From contig OZ037769.1 of assembly GCA_964035545.1 (NCBI GenBank), positions 15,034,633-15,098,632 of the forward strand: DNA of 64,000 nucleotides. Reading direction: 5' to 3'. Below are positions 14,641 to 56,805 of this stretch, in pieces. This DNA is from Bugula neritina. Taxonomy: Eukaryota; Animalia; Bryozoa. Below the pieces are notes generated by a model. The model worked only from the letters and a program-made list of their open reading frames with translations, had not been told where the DNA came from and did not search any database. Numbering within the stretch: position 1 is the first letter of the stretch; every line of letters starts with the position of its first letter. A program made the position numbers and the translations under genes.

Positions 14641-15040
14641 ATAGCGGTGTTACGTCCCTAATGCTAGCACAAAGGATTTTATATAATATAAGTTTATCTT
14701 GTCGATATTGGCGCTTGAGTTTCTCACAATGCAATACTATATTTTTCCAAAGTATAGATGACTATATGCTGTTTGCTTCCTGCCTCCTCATAACATGCTC
14801 TAATTCATATGCCGCATTTTTTGTCACTTATGTCAATAAATAATTACCATTTTTTAAACTTTTTTTTGTAGTCTATGAAATATAAGATATATGTCACTTT
14901 TGTGACTCAACCTTCCAGTGCTTGCTAATTATGTCAGCTTCAGTCAGTCATAATTAAGTTGAGAATTAGTTAGTGAGTATATAGTGACCATTACTGATAT
15001 ATATTTTTTAAATAAATATATTTATATGTATATACATATA

Positions 15041-15158
<118 letters not shown>

Positions 15159-15533
15159 ATGTAACAGTTTTAAATCATTCATTTAAAGGAATCCACCATC
15201 GAAAAGTAGCCGAAGCTCTCTACATTAAACAAATAAAACCGCAACTCAATAAACAAAATTACTCCATACCACTAAAACTATATCAATAGCTCCACACTAC
15301 TCAACTCTCACATAGTTTCACTAATTATTGCTGTTTTTATATTTGGATATCTATTTTTTTTGTCAACTCTAATTTATTTTTTATGCAAAAAAATCAGTAT
15401 AATTTTTGACCTGCGTAATATATAAAATAAGATTATCTCCTTTAAGTTTCAATAATTTACAATAACGGTCACTCTCTATTCTTTGTGTCATGCATAACGT
15501 CTAACGTAACATAATAATTTTTGAATTTCATTC

Positions 15534-15582
15534 ATTGCTACTCTGAAGATGGGTACAGTGGTACCTGAAATATCAGTGTAAT
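15534..15582 (+). ncRNA. Minimal type I hammerhead ribozyme motif in the 5' pLTR
   Basis: attgctact-CTGAAGA-t-gggtac-agtg-gtacct-GAAA-ta-TC-agtgtaat: core boxes, stem I, stem II and a minimal palindromic stem III. Confidence 0.7.
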
Positions 15583-18291
15583 TACTTTACCTAATAAAGT
15601 AATAAATAACAATGTTTCTCGTATACCTATTTATAATCAAATTACTAGCTCGTAAAGATATATTTAAATTAATCGAAGAGAAACACGGGCGACAAATGAG
15701 ATTATCAGCAAGACGTTACGAATCACTCAAGATTAAATGAACAAAGATCAAAGCTGACATAAAGTATATTCTAATTTGCAAAAGAGAATCTTTATCTCCT
15801 ACATTTTCTCAAGTGAAATTGTCTATTCCTGGTAAGAACTACAAATTAAAAGCTAAAATTTCGAAACTAATTATGGAACAAGAATTAAAGAACAAACACT
15901 ACCATGCAGAAAAAGAAGGTACAACAATCTATCACTGAAGTCAAGCAATATCTTCAAAAGAAATCAAGTTTACTTTTTTATCTAGTCCTTATAAGTAGAA
16001 TAACCTCTCGTATTTCAAAGGAACGCAAATTTATTCATTGCAAACATGACCGAAAAATTAAACAACTTCGAAACTGCATTCAAGACCCTAAAGCTCAAGA
16101 ATTAGACACTATGAAAAGCCTACACAATTTCTCTTCAGTTCAACTTACAAATCAGCAACAACAAGCTATTGCCAGAGGATTAGATGTACACATTCCTACA
16201 AAAACCAACAATATTCATATTAAATCACAACTCGAATCTTTCTACCAACAAATTTCCTCAAATCAACATCAAGTATCTGAAGATAAGCTTGAAGTAATTA
16301 AAGGTAAACTCTTAGACACGTACTCCAAATTTATAAAGATTAAGATGCCAAAATATTTTGATGATGCTCTAAAGAAATTGAAAAATAATAAGGATATCTC
16401 ATTAATTAAACAAGACAAAGGAAAAGGTACTGTTGTCATGAATAAGAAGGATTACATCAACAAATGTTTAGAAATACTAAATACACCAAAATTTTCAATA
16501 TGTTCCACAGATCCAACAAAAACTATTGAAAATCGAATACAATTAGAATTGCGTATAGTATCAAAAAACATTTTTCTGACACTGACTATAAAAGGATATA
16601 TCCAACAGGTTCAGCACCTGGGAAATTTTACGGGATGGCCAAAATACACAAACTCAAACAAGGAGATGGTATAGAGAAGCTACAAATGCGACCAATAATT
16701 TCTAACATAGGCACTGCATCATACCAACTTGCGAAATACCTGGCCAAAATGCTAAAACCACTTAGTGAATCTGAAAGTAATATCGAATCAACCGATAGTT
16801 TTCTTACATATATACGGCAACTTCATATTCCAGCAAACCATCAACTGATATCATTTGATGTTGTTTCCCTCTTTACTTCTGTACCACTTGACTACACGAT
16901 TTCAGCAATCATAAATGATATTTATGAGAAACAACAAATCCAAACAACTATACCAAAGAAGAAAATGATAAACTTACTCAACCTTTGTACAAAACAAGTT
17001 CACTTTACTTTCAACGACATCATTTATACACAGACGGATGGTGTTGCTATGGGATCTCCTCTAGGACCAATAATTGCGAATATATTCATGACAAAACTAG
17101 AACAGAAAGTAATACTAAAATTGAATTCAATGTCACCTTGGGTGAGATACATAGATGACACATTTGCAACAATAGACCCTGATTATATTAACACATCACT
17201 CAACACACTTAATAATTTTCATCCTAACATAAAATTTACACACGAACTAGAAACCAATAAATCACTTTCTTTTCTGGATGTTACTGTTTTGCGACACAAT
17301 AGCTCAGTGGAAACTACAGTATTCCGCAAACCAACACATAACGATACATACTTACATTGGAACTCTTTCTCACTAAAAACGTGGAAGCTAAGCACACTCA
17401 AGTCACTAGTATTAAGGGCTAATAAAATATGTTCTACTCCAGCACTTAAGACCCAAGAACTAAACTATATTCGAAATGTTTTTGAACATAAAAATGGTTA
17501 CCCTAAATATGTAATAGAGAAAACTATTAACAACATTGGTGACGGACTACTCAGTGAAAAAGACAACAGGAAACACATTTTACTTCAGCTGCCTTATAAA
17601 GGAGTAACAGGAGAAAAACTAATCCGCTCCCTCAATAAATTAATTACAGACTTTTTTTCAAATGAACTCAATGCCCGTATTTTATTTAAAGGAACCCCCT
17701 TAAGTTCACATTTTAATCTCAAAGATAAAACCAATAAAGAACACATTCACAACCTAGTCTACTAAATAACCTGCCCTGAAGCTACCTGTCAACAAACATA
17801 TGTAGGCGAAACCGGACGTCGCCTATCACACAGGATACATGAACACTGCAATGACATCAATTCCAAAATTTATCAACACATCTCTACCACTAATCATGGA
17901 AACATATCAATAGACAATGTAACAGTTTTAAATCATTCATTTAAAGGAATCCACCATCGAAAAGTAGCCGAAGCTCTCTACATTAAACAAATAAAACCGC
18001 AACTCAATAAACAAAATTACTCCATACCACTAAAACTATATCAATAGCTCCACACTACTCAACTCTCACATAGTTTCACTAATTCTTGCTGTTTTTATAT
18101 TTGGATATCTATTTTTTTTGTCAACTCTAATTTATTTTTTATGCAAAAAAACCAGTATAATTTTTGACCTGCGTAATATATAAAATAAGATTATCTCCTT
18201 TAAGTTTCAATAATTTACAATAACTGTCACTCTCTATTCTTTGTGTCATGCATAACGTCTAATGTAACATAATAATTTTTGAATTTCATTC

Positions 18292-18340
18292 ATTGCTACT
18301 CTGAAGATGGGTACAGTGGTACCCGAAATATCAGTGTAAT
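18292..18340 (+). ncRNA. Minimal type I hammerhead ribozyme motif in the 3' pLTR
   Basis: Same motif with a perfect stem II, gggtac/gtaccc. Confidence 0.75.
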
Positions 18341-18401
18341 TACTTTACCTAATAAAGTAATAAATAACAATGTTTCTCGTATACCTATTTATATATATAT
18401 A

Positions 18402-18474
<73 letters not shown>

Positions 18475-19112
18475 GTATGTATAATGTATAATGTATAGTA
18501 ATGTATAATGTATTTTATTTGCAGTTTATCAATTAAATGATTTACCTTTTGCTAAAATCATTGCGTATGAAGCGGTTTAAAGAAGTATTACACATGTGAT
18601 GACTATGCAATCTAGCAAATGATAATTGAATGGTCTTGGTAAACATTCTTTGGAAAATTTCATAATCCGTTGTAATAAAATTAAGCTCTATACTCCCATG
18701 CATTACTATTTTTACATTCTTGAGAAAAGCATCTACTTGTGAGAAATACATTTCGAAACATTTTATTTAAACATAAAACATAACATCATAGTTGTTCATT
18801 TAGTGCTCTGCATCTCAATTCCAAACACCGTGCAAAATTCAGGTTACTTGAAGTTCTACAAAGGTGTGGTAAAGAAAAAAATACATTAATAAATCTCTTC
18901 AGTTAATTTTGTTTGCCTAAATATTAGCCACCCAAAGTTTGCCAGCTACAAATATTGCTAACCTTGAAAGTTTTAAAAACCAATCATTACTAATTTTTTG
19001 ATAAAGCTATGCTTTGGGATAAATTTAACTAAACAATGATACATTCACTGATTTAAAAAAAAATATTTTAGTATAATATAGCAATGCCACATGTTCATTG
19101 CTTAAAAAATCA

Positions 19113-42177
<23,065 letters not shown>

Positions 42178-43796
42178 CTCGCCAGAACAAAAACTGCTGT
42201 TTACTAAAAAAGTCAAATTTTCGCTTAAGGTAAAAAAACAATAAGTTTCAAGAAGATTTAAACTTAGAGTACTTGAAACAGTTATTACAGGTGCGTTTAC
42301 CTTAAATGTAAATCAAATTTGTTCATTTAAGGTTTTGCAGAACTTTTTAAAGTAATAATTGTAATACATATCTGCATATACACAGATAATGCAGTAGCAA
42401 CCCAAAATATTGCATCCTGTCTAAATATTGCAAGTATCAGTCTTTTCATACACTTTTAAAATTGTTAACTGCTTCATGTATTTGCTGACATAATTAAGGC
42501 ACTCCAATTTAAAGGCGCCGTTGAAAAACTTAACAGATCAAAGAAAAGCACAAAGCTCAATAAAATATTTCATAAAAAAACAACAAATTTACAATTCAGG
42601 TTTTCTATAAGGGTAGAATACCCATTGAATTGGAATTACATATATATTTTGGCTTTTGACAGATAATTAAGCACTGGAAATGTTAGAAAAAAAAAGGTTT
42701 TCGGGTAAGTTTGTGTAACCTAATGGACGGTAGTAACATTGTACAAAAGAAAAAATAAAGCTATGAAATAGAAGTGCGGAACTTAATTCTGTTATACAAA
42801 CCTGAAGGCTACAAGAATTACGGTTTGAAACTCCTTATGTTGAAATCTGTATCACAGCATACATGTTCACTTGAGCAACTGAAATCTAGTGAACTTTGCA
42901 TTTGGGTATGTCAAGTTATAAGAGGGAGCCATTTTTAAAGTGAACATCCTTAGTTGGTGTCAAATGAAAATCATATAAATTGAGTAAAACTTACCATGTC
43001 AACTTCTTTATATGTTATAATGTTGTTTTGACAGTTTTAGACACTAAAACAATTGCTCTGCTATAGCAAACCTGAAATAAAATTTGGTCTATCTAATAAC
43101 TCATAAAGATTATTTCAAATTAGTTCAATATAGGCATTGACTGTAAATGACGTAGCCCGTTTTGTTCTGTAGCTGTATAGGCATGGCTATATCAGCTATA
43201 TTTAGCTGATAATAAAAAATACTATAGACCTTGTCAATAATACTAATAAGTTCTAGTGTGTATAATAAATATTTTAACCTGCCTAAATTAAATTTAATGT
43301 TTACTTGCACTGCTAAAAGAAGTTACTTGAGGTTTTTTTCCGAATATTAAATCCGTGGTAATATTTATGTAATATTTATGATATGCATAAATTTGAACAA
43401 AAATAGCGTTAATCTATTTTGAAGCAGTATATTATATAAGTTTTGTACTTGTTGCACTGCACTTTTCATGACCTGCCTTACAGCATTCATAGCTGTAGTT
43501 GATTTTTACAATACACTTACCAAATCTTATGTGTGTTACTTTGCTATAACATAACAAAGCTATGTTAGCTTTGCTATAACATACTTTTAAGACGTGATTA
43601 GATGCTTGCATTTTCTTTTTATTATGCGTTTACTGTATTTATTTACATATAATTGATTTTGGAGTTCCTATAACATGTTTATAATTTTCTTAACAAAAAG
43701 ATAGCAGACTTTATGCTGAAATTTTTGTTCATGATCAATGACCAATGATGAGCTTGTGATGTACTAAAGCTAAAACAATTAAAATGCTGAATTATT

Positions 43797-43907
<111 letters not shown>

Positions 43908-43967
43908 GTGTATAGTTTACCACTTTTACTTTTATTTATATATATATATATATATATGAGTTTACAA

Positions 43968-47967
<4,000 letters not shown>

Positions 47968-47977
47968 GTTGGTAACG

Positions 47978-48072
<95 letters not shown>

Positions 48073-48081
48073 CATATATAC

Positions 48082-48181
<100 letters not shown>

Positions 48182-50117
48182 CTCGCTAACTATATTTGCT
48201 CTAATTAGTTAGTCGGTAGTGTAGTAATATAGACATCTTTAGGCTGAGTGTATTAGATATGCTACGTATTAGGATAACAGAATAAGAGCAGGGGAGTTGT
48301 CCTTTTGATATACAATAGTAACACAACTCCTTACAGTCAGATGTACAAGGGGACACAACTTTTTACAACATGTACTTTCCAATTAAGAATATTATGGAAA
48401 ATGCTTTGGAAGACAGACAATTTTATGATAGCACTCTTATGTGTTTGTCACATTTATTCACTATACTAAAGATACTTGTTGCTTGTGCTTTTGGGATAAC
48501 TGCCGTAAAGTTATGCTAAAATGCAATTTTACTATTAAAAACTGTATTCTGCATTTGAAATCTAAGTCCAATAAAAAACATGCAAAAGTTAAATTCTATA
48601 TACTTTGACAAATGTAGGAACAACCATGCATATTATAGTTACCTCGTGAAGTACATATATACAAAGTGCACTTTCTGAATTAGTGGTGTTGCTATGCACC
48701 CACAAATTTAGAAAACTGTATCTAAAACTTACTAAAAAAAACCTTGTTCACAATGATTTACATTGTGACTTTTCTGTAATCACAAAATAATGTTTCCACA
48801 GTTTTAACTTCAACTACATTGACACAAGTTTACACATAGCATTGGCTACAGTCGGCAATTAATGGTTAACCCATTGATTATTTCAACTTCTACTGAACTA
48901 TATGCATAACAAAGAAAATGATTTTTTAATTAACTCAATGATACTTATCATTGCTATTCAACTTTTTAGTATGAAGAATGCAAATATATTCTTTGATCTG
49001 ATAACTTTTGCTGACTTAACAATGACTAGTGTGAGCATTACGCTTCACGCTATAAGCAACTGACGTTCCAGCAGATTTGTATTCATAGGTGCCATAGTGA
49101 AAAAGCCTTTCAAGTTCCAAATAAATATCAGCTTGAGGCCTGTGTTGAAATTCTTACAAGAGCATGAGTGATTTGAAATTCACCCTTGAGATACGAACAG
49201 GGCAATTAAACTTCAAAGTGACTACAATTAGCTTATTGCTGCATGAATGTTGGGACCACGGTTGACTTGCCAAATCTGCAAAGAATGCATAGAGTTATAA
49301 AGGCATAAACAGGCTAAGAAGAATTTAAAAACTGGCACCATGCAACAAGCATTTATTATACTTCTACACACACAATGTATTGCTATTGAATGAACAGAAT
49401 ACTAGCGCCTATAATGTCATACTAACAATGTCACATTGTACTCACCATGCAACATGCACAATAATTAATATATGTAGCTCAACACTGTAACAACTGTAAT
49501 AAATTGCAGCTTAATCCAAACATACAAACTCAAAGTACTTAAATCTTTGGTAATCGTTTTTTGATATTTGATATGTTCAGTAATGAACTTTTTTGATTCA
49601 GAGATATGCAAAGATATGCTAAAATAATACTTGCAAAGTTTGAAACATAAATTAGGTAGCATTTCTAAATTATAAACAATGTTTTGTATTGCTACAATTG
49701 TTGAATTAGGCCGGAAAGAACTTTACACACTAGTAGGCCTACACAGGAGAAACAACGCTATGCATTGCAAACATTCGCAATACTATAAATGGTATCTTTT
49801 TATTTGGCTTCAAATACGAGATATTGCATTGTGAATGGAATTTAACTTTCTCCTATATATAAGCATCGCATGCAAAATGTGGCTTTTCACATGATTGCAT
49901 CTTTTTTAAACTATTGTTATTTTAAAAACATATTTTGAGTTTTTGATTCCCGTGATTGAACAGATTGTTTAGCATTTTGAATTGACTTGACAAAGCACCT
50001 ATAATCGCATATAGTCTGTGCATGTGTATAATATGTATATACTGCAGCAGTCAAAGCTTGGTAGCCATTTTAACAACAGTTTAACTTTGTAGCAGACCAG
50101 CCACTACAACATTGAGT

Positions 50118-53100
50118 ATGTCAAGTTACAGAACCATCTTAATTGTTTTGGGAGTTGTTCTCAGTGCTGCTTTGGGCTGCCAGGGCAAACAAATTTGTGC
50201 GCCAGAGAAGTTTGAATCGGACTTTGTTTCCAAGGCTGAAATTAAATTTTTTGGGGAAGATTTTGCAATGATTGTGAGTGGAAAGACAGCTGTTGACTAC
50301 GGGAGTGGGGCATCCGCAACAATGATAAAAAATGTCTCAATGCCATTTGTTGGCGAACTCTTTGATGGTTACTCCTTTTTGCTAACAGAGGTAAAGTAAT
50401 AGAGGCAGTTATATTGTTTATCAGATTAGCCTTCATGTTGTTTGTACTCTTGATTAAATTTACATGTTTTTAACAGTCTTCCCTCCATTTATCCTGCACT
50501 CCAAAACATGACTTTGCATAAGAATTTTGACCATAAAGCAATCTGATTTGAATATAAGTAATAATTATTTGCAAGCAAATAACAAGTGAATGTGAAGCTT
50601 CTTGATTTATTATATTCATTCAATATTGAGTTATTAGAACATTGATATTGATATTGACAAATCTCACCTGTTTTAGAAAGTATTTAATGTAATTTGCTGC
50701 ATTTTAAAAATCATATTACATATAAATTGTATATTACAAAGAGATTAGATCATAACATACGAAACTTAATCTTAGTGGTGATAATGGTTGGAATAAAAAA
50801 AGGTTTTCAAAATATAAACTGATTATATAAGTAAGAAATAATCGCTGAAATACGACGGTGGTTCAAAAAGTAACGCCTGTTGTGTAAGATCAGAGAATTT
50901 TTATTTTCTGAATACTTAAACTATATATCAAAATGATCAGCAACAACTTAGGAACACACTCTATTTCTCAATATGGTCTCCTCCATTGTCCACAGCTGCT
51001 GTCCATCGTTTTATGAGAGCATGTATTCCTGCCTCGTAAAATGAGGATGGTTGTGAGCTTCTCAGCATGCATGCAGAAGATGAGACATTTTTGCAAAGGA
51101 TGATCACTGGTGACGAAACTTGGGTTTATCATTATGAGCCAGAAAGCAAAAGAAGGTCAATGGAATGGCAACATGCAGACTCACCCAGAAAGAAGAAATT
51201 CAAATCTCAGCCATCCGCTGGCAAGGTGATGGCTACTGTGTTTTGGGATTATCAGGGTGTGATACTGATTGACTTTATGGCCAAAAGCACTACCATAAAT
51301 TCTGAAGCCTACATTGAGACTCTAAGGAAGTTGAAAACCAGACTTAAGCGTTGCAGACCAAATGTCAACGTGGCTAACGTGCTCCTTCAGCACGACAATG
51401 CCCGCCCCCACACGAGTTTGAGAACAAGAGAGGAAATCACCCGTCATGGGTGGACTACATTGCCTCATCCACCATACAGCCCTGACTTGGCTCCATCAGA
51501 CTTTCATTTGTTTGGTCCGATGAAGGAAAGACTTAGAGGTCAGCAATTCTCTACTGACGAAGAAGTTAAAACGGCTGTACGGTCTTGGCTGCGCTCACAA
51601 CCATCCTCCTTTTACGAGGCAGGAATACATGCTCTCATAAAACGATAGACAGCAGCTGTGGACAATGGAGGAGACCATATTGAAAAATGGAGTGTGTTCC
51701 TAAGTTGTTGCTGATCATTTTGATATATAGTTTAAGTATTCAGAAAATAAAAATTATCTGATCTTACACAACAGGCGTTACTTTTTGAACCACCCTCGTA
51801 ACATGTCATAATTTTAAACTTTTCTCTATTGCAGTCAGCCACGTATTTATCTAACACAGTACAAAAATTCTGCATGAGGTTTCCAGCAGTTGACCTATTG
51901 AAGCTTCAGCAGCCATGTTCTGAAAGTAGTAAGTTAAGTTCAGTTGGGTACCTTGAAAAATGATTATATATGTTTCAGTATTTGTACAAATACCGAAACA
52001 TATATATTAATACGAGAAGTCTCTTATATAATATTACCTAAAAATTTTGTGCATGCAAAGCTACCATTGGCATTTTTAGTTAAATAATGAACTATAAAAA
52101 TAATTTATACATTGTATAAACTGTAAATCAAACAATTTTTTAAATAACGCAAATTATGCATGTTTTTGTCTAATAATCTAATTTTCAAAGTTAGCAGTTT
52201 TATTATTGAAAAAAGTTTTTAAACAAAAAATATATAATTATATTAAAAGCACATTCCTAGCTATTTTTTTATTGTCATATAGGCTTCAGGTTTTTTCTAA
52301 CATTCTGCATTGTATTCAACCCAAATACAAAGATAATGTTTTTAAGCTGAGCATATATGCTATATGACGCATTGAAATATAACTATACAGGATAAAGCAA
52401 GAAACTGTTGAAAGTGGTTTGATTATTTTATTGAAAAGTTGAATTGATGTTTTTATTACTTGCAATAAACGTTCCAGGTTGGCTTACCCATACGGCATCC
52501 TTTTTAATGGATTCACAGTGAATGGACAAGTACCTCAATCATAATAGTTCAGGTATTTTTAAGCATACTATCACCGTGAGGAAAGACGACTTTGCCGTTT
52601 TCTTTGAAGACTTTGTAATAGACATCATGGATTGTAAGTATAGATAAATATTAAACAGATACAGTGTTTTGTACACTTAATCGCAAAGGAATGCTTTGTT
52701 ATATAAATCATACTTTGAACTTCCGGTTTGTTGATAGCCACATGTATTACTGAAGCAGAAGTTTAATTTCAATTTGAGTCATGCAGTGATGATTTTGTAT
52801 TATTTAATGATAATACATGTAATTGATTAAACATAAACTGCAAAAGTATACAAGTATTTTGAATTAACAAAATTGAAAATATTAAGCAGGAAAATTATTA
52901 ATTATAGAGTAATGATGACATTACTTATACGTGCATGTATTTTAGTTTATATTTGAGTATATAAATGTATACTGTTCATGCACATGTGAATAGTATACAT
53001 TTATATACTCAAATATATAACTTAAAATACATTTTAAATATATTTTCTTATTTTAAATATATAGTGTCTGCTTGACATTAAAACAAATATGTAAGTTAAA

Positions 53101-53261
53101 AAATTAAGTTCTGCGGGCTATGTACATTACATCTTTAAAATCATTCTTGAATTTGTTTTATAATTGCAGTTCAACAGCTGATATCAATAGAATATTTCAA
53201 CGTCACCCAGGAAGTTCCAGAAGATAGCATTGTGAATCTACCTAGTTATTGCCCCAACTAA
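50118..53261 (+). CDS. Ependymin-related secreted protein (~204 codons, 4 exons) with an in-frame TGA; possible null allele
   Basis: Phase-consistent exons 50118-50390, 51835-51928, 52478-52633 and 53170-53261. Signal peptide, CAPEKFE motif, DY motif, C...PC pair, C-terminal YFNVTQEVPEDSIVNLPSYC. TGA at 52519-52521. Confidence 0.75.
50853..51798 (+). mobile_element. Rearranged mariner (D,D34D) element in intron 1 of the ependymin-like gene
   Basis: TA on both sides; TGDETW, HDNARPH and YSPDLAPSDF in 51067-51648; inverted arms of 206 bp at 50853-51058 and 51593-51798. Confidence 0.95.
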
Positions 53262-56200
53262 TTTAAAACAACTATTCTGAACGTTGCATTTAATAATTAG
53301 TAGTATGTTAGATTCGACAACTATAATATTTCTAAAAAAACTGTATGCTCTTTCGTTTTTTTACATTTTTAGTGCACCACCTGATTGCCTATATTCATTT
53401 TATCAATACACGGTTTAACTGAAAAACTGCTCCTTGAAAACTATAGCTAACATTTTGCAGAAGTACTAATTTTGTTGCTTGTTTTAGAACAAGTTTCTGT
53501 TACTCTGATTACAATTAAGACACATTTCCAATGAGCTCTGTTATAGAGTTTTTTATACTAATTTTAATCTATTTGGGGGCTTCATACCTGTTCTGCATTG
53601 TGTTTGTTTCTGTAAAAGTGCGAATGTGCATGTGTGTGCCTTTTGCTTGCATTTATGGAAGTTAAGTTGTGCATGTGTTTATATAATGTGTATTTTCATA
53701 AGTGTGTATTATGAAAATAAGTGAATACACCTTATTGTTGCAACTTCTAGCTTCGGAAACATTACTTTTGCCCACAAATCTCTTTACTATTTTGCATTTC
53801 TTTGATGTAAAATATAACAAAATTTAAATTTACAAAGCTAATTTATGTTTGATTTTGATGTAAAATTATTATACTGCAGAGAAAGCCAGTCTAACTAAGA
53901 CATGCTTTGTGACGGACAGCTTGTTATAGAGGAAGTCTGTAACATAGAATATATCTCTGATTACTATATGCAACAATTAAGTTACTCAACTCTGTTTTGA
54001 CATAATTATACATGTATGCTATAGTAGTTATACTAAATCACCTGTTGCTACCTGCTAGCACCTCATTTATATAACTGATAGTATATTCTAGTACATACAT
54101 ATAAACAATGCATTCAGTAAAAAATATACATGCAATCATAGAGTTATCTCTTTTTGTCAAACTAGAAAATGCATAATATAATTTCAGAGTTATGTCTCTT
54201 GTCAATATTGAGAAGATAACTCTCTCTTACATGCAACAGCAGTCAGTTGCTATCAAATACTGGCTTGATAGATAATTGTAACATATTCGAGCATCAATTG
54301 AAGAAAAAAATCTAAAAGTCAGCTTTTCATTATTACATATCGGTGCAGAAAAATTTTAGGTTTCAGTTGTGAACCTTTCCTTTAGTCTACATGTCAATAT
54401 AACATACTGATTAGTACTATATATAGATTTACACACGTTTGACCCACTAAACTGACAATAACACAGAACTTACTTGTGAGGACATGCACTGACTTACAAT
54501 GACTGGAGTCTGACTGAAAAAAACATCTGCATGATACGCATATGTACAACTCATGTTACTGAGAAGAGCAGCTGACTTAGAGGTGCTGATAAAATGCTGC
54601 CATATTGTTGAAAAAATTGTTTTTTTAGTAAATATCATTTTGCATCACAGAGCATACAGCTCTGTTATCTTTGGAGAAAGTTTTAGAAACTTTAGAGAGA
54701 CTTATTTTATAGGTGCACAATAAACTATGTGACCAATAGGCTATGGTTGAGTGTTTCCTAACTTGATGTTATTGGGAATGTAACATACAAGATTTATTCT
54801 AGATTCACTCTCAATTAAGCTGGTTTAATTCAATTTTTCTCACCAACAATACACATATTTATTGTGCTTTATTATTCCATAAATATTATCAGAATTGAGT
54901 TAAGAACAATTTGTCGTTTCATTGTATGTGAAAGTGTAGTCTTTATTATTATACTTTTTAAATAAATAATATTTTTACTGGCGAATCACGTTGGTATGTT
55001 GGCTTTTTTCTCTAATTATGCATAGCTAAGTCAAAAATAAGTAATACTCAATCAAGTTTTATGTTCCAACACAAGGGTAACTACTTCTGCCTACAGTTTA
55101 GCAGTAATATTAGTAATAATATAGTGTGCCAGGGAGTTGTAAAGATGTATATGTATATGTGATTTATAGGAGGTATACTGAGATTTCTCAGCTATATATA
55201 GCTGAGAAATCTCATAGCCTATAGCCTGCTCAGAGGCATGTTGAAGTTCTGCAGTTTAATTCCCATATGTCAGCAGTTGTTCTACATTCCATACTCTTGA
55301 GGATGTAACTTATACAATTTGGGTTAACTATTATATTAATAAATATGAGTGTATAATGTTATGAAGACTTTTGTTTTATTATTATTTTAAAATGTATAAT
55401 ATAAAACAAATAAGTTTTGTCAATCATTTCAGACTAATCAGTGAAATGTAAAGCACATTATATAACTAACAGCACAGATCTTTCCATTATATTGAGCATT
55501 AATTGACTTTTTTCACTTTTAGCCCAGTGTGGTGCAATAAAGTATAAATGATGTAGATATCAGAATGTTACGAAACAGTCTGTGCAATTAAATGTACTGC
55601 AAACATATATAGAATCATATGTTGTTTCTTGTATCTTCACATTGTTCAGATCTGTTTCAAAATGAGTCCTGTGCCAGGAAAATGTTTCAATATATCTCTT
55701 TTACGCATACTTCTTCCATTTACAGATGAACCCAAATTATTATAACTATAATATTGAAGAAAACAATGTTTACATGACATATAACTTTTTGAGTAGATTA
55801 TAATCAATAACCTTGAGCAGATATAAAATAATAATGCATAGCTTTTACTTTTAATGGTAATTAATTATTATATGAATAAATATAGTGTAATGTAAAGCAC
55901 TAATAATGTTTACACACTTCTTTTTAATTAACACTTCTAATCTCATTGATGCAACGTTGATTTATTGAATTTTTTTCTTGCAGTCCATAATTTCTGGAGC
56001 AAATAAATGATGTTGATATCAGAGTATTACAAAACAATTTGTGTGGAATTGATAGGATGTAGAATATAACAGGATTGCTACTGTTGCTAGTGTCTTTACA
56101 CTGTTGCCAGGTGTTTGAACATTTGACTTGTAGTCAAGGATATGTTTCAATGTAACCTTTAAGCATATTTCTCCCATAAAAAGCCAAATTTAACTTCAAA

Positions 56201-56429
56201 CTAATATCATAAGCTATTTTTATTAGTGCTAATAAACGTACACTGACACTGACGATAAAATAACTATAAAAGCTACAATATAAAATTAAATCTGTAAAAG
56301 GCAACAGGCTTTCTGAGTTTCAAAAATTAATTCAAGCAAATTGCAGCATGAAATGTTATACTAAACAGGTAGTTCTATAATGCCTTTTCTATGAAGCTAC
56401 ATGAAATGTGTTGTTTGTGTATCTAAACT

Positions 56430-56642
56430 TGTGTATTGTATGTACTGCATACCCTTTGGGTATGTTATTATATGAATAGTCAGTGTATTGTATGTATTGT
56501 ATACTCTTTGGGTACATTATTATATGAATAATCAGTGTATTGTATGTATTGTATACTCTTTGGGTAATTTATTATATGAATAGTCAGTGTATTGTATGTA
56601 TTGTATACTCTTTGGGTATATTATTACACAAATAGTCAGTGT
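56430..56642. repeat. 52-bp tandem repeat, ~4 copies
   Basis: cagtgta recurs at 56481, 56533, 56585 and 56637. Confidence 0.92.
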
Positions 56643-56805
56643 AATGCAATTTAAAGCACTTAACTCAAAATATGCACCTTAATATTATTATTTATTGACT
56701 AAATTTATTAATTTCCCTTTCTATAGCCTATTCTGGAGGCAAACAATGTTGGTATCAGAAGAGTACAAAAGAAAGTTTCTGTGGTTGACAGGGTACGTAA
56801 TACAG

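Noticed and set aside
15738-15740. In-frame TGA in the Penelope ORF as selenocysteine (as in Naiad PLEs)
   Set aside because: The endonuclease is C-terminal rather than Naiad-like, and the ORF has other stops and frameshifts. CGA>TGA decay is simpler.
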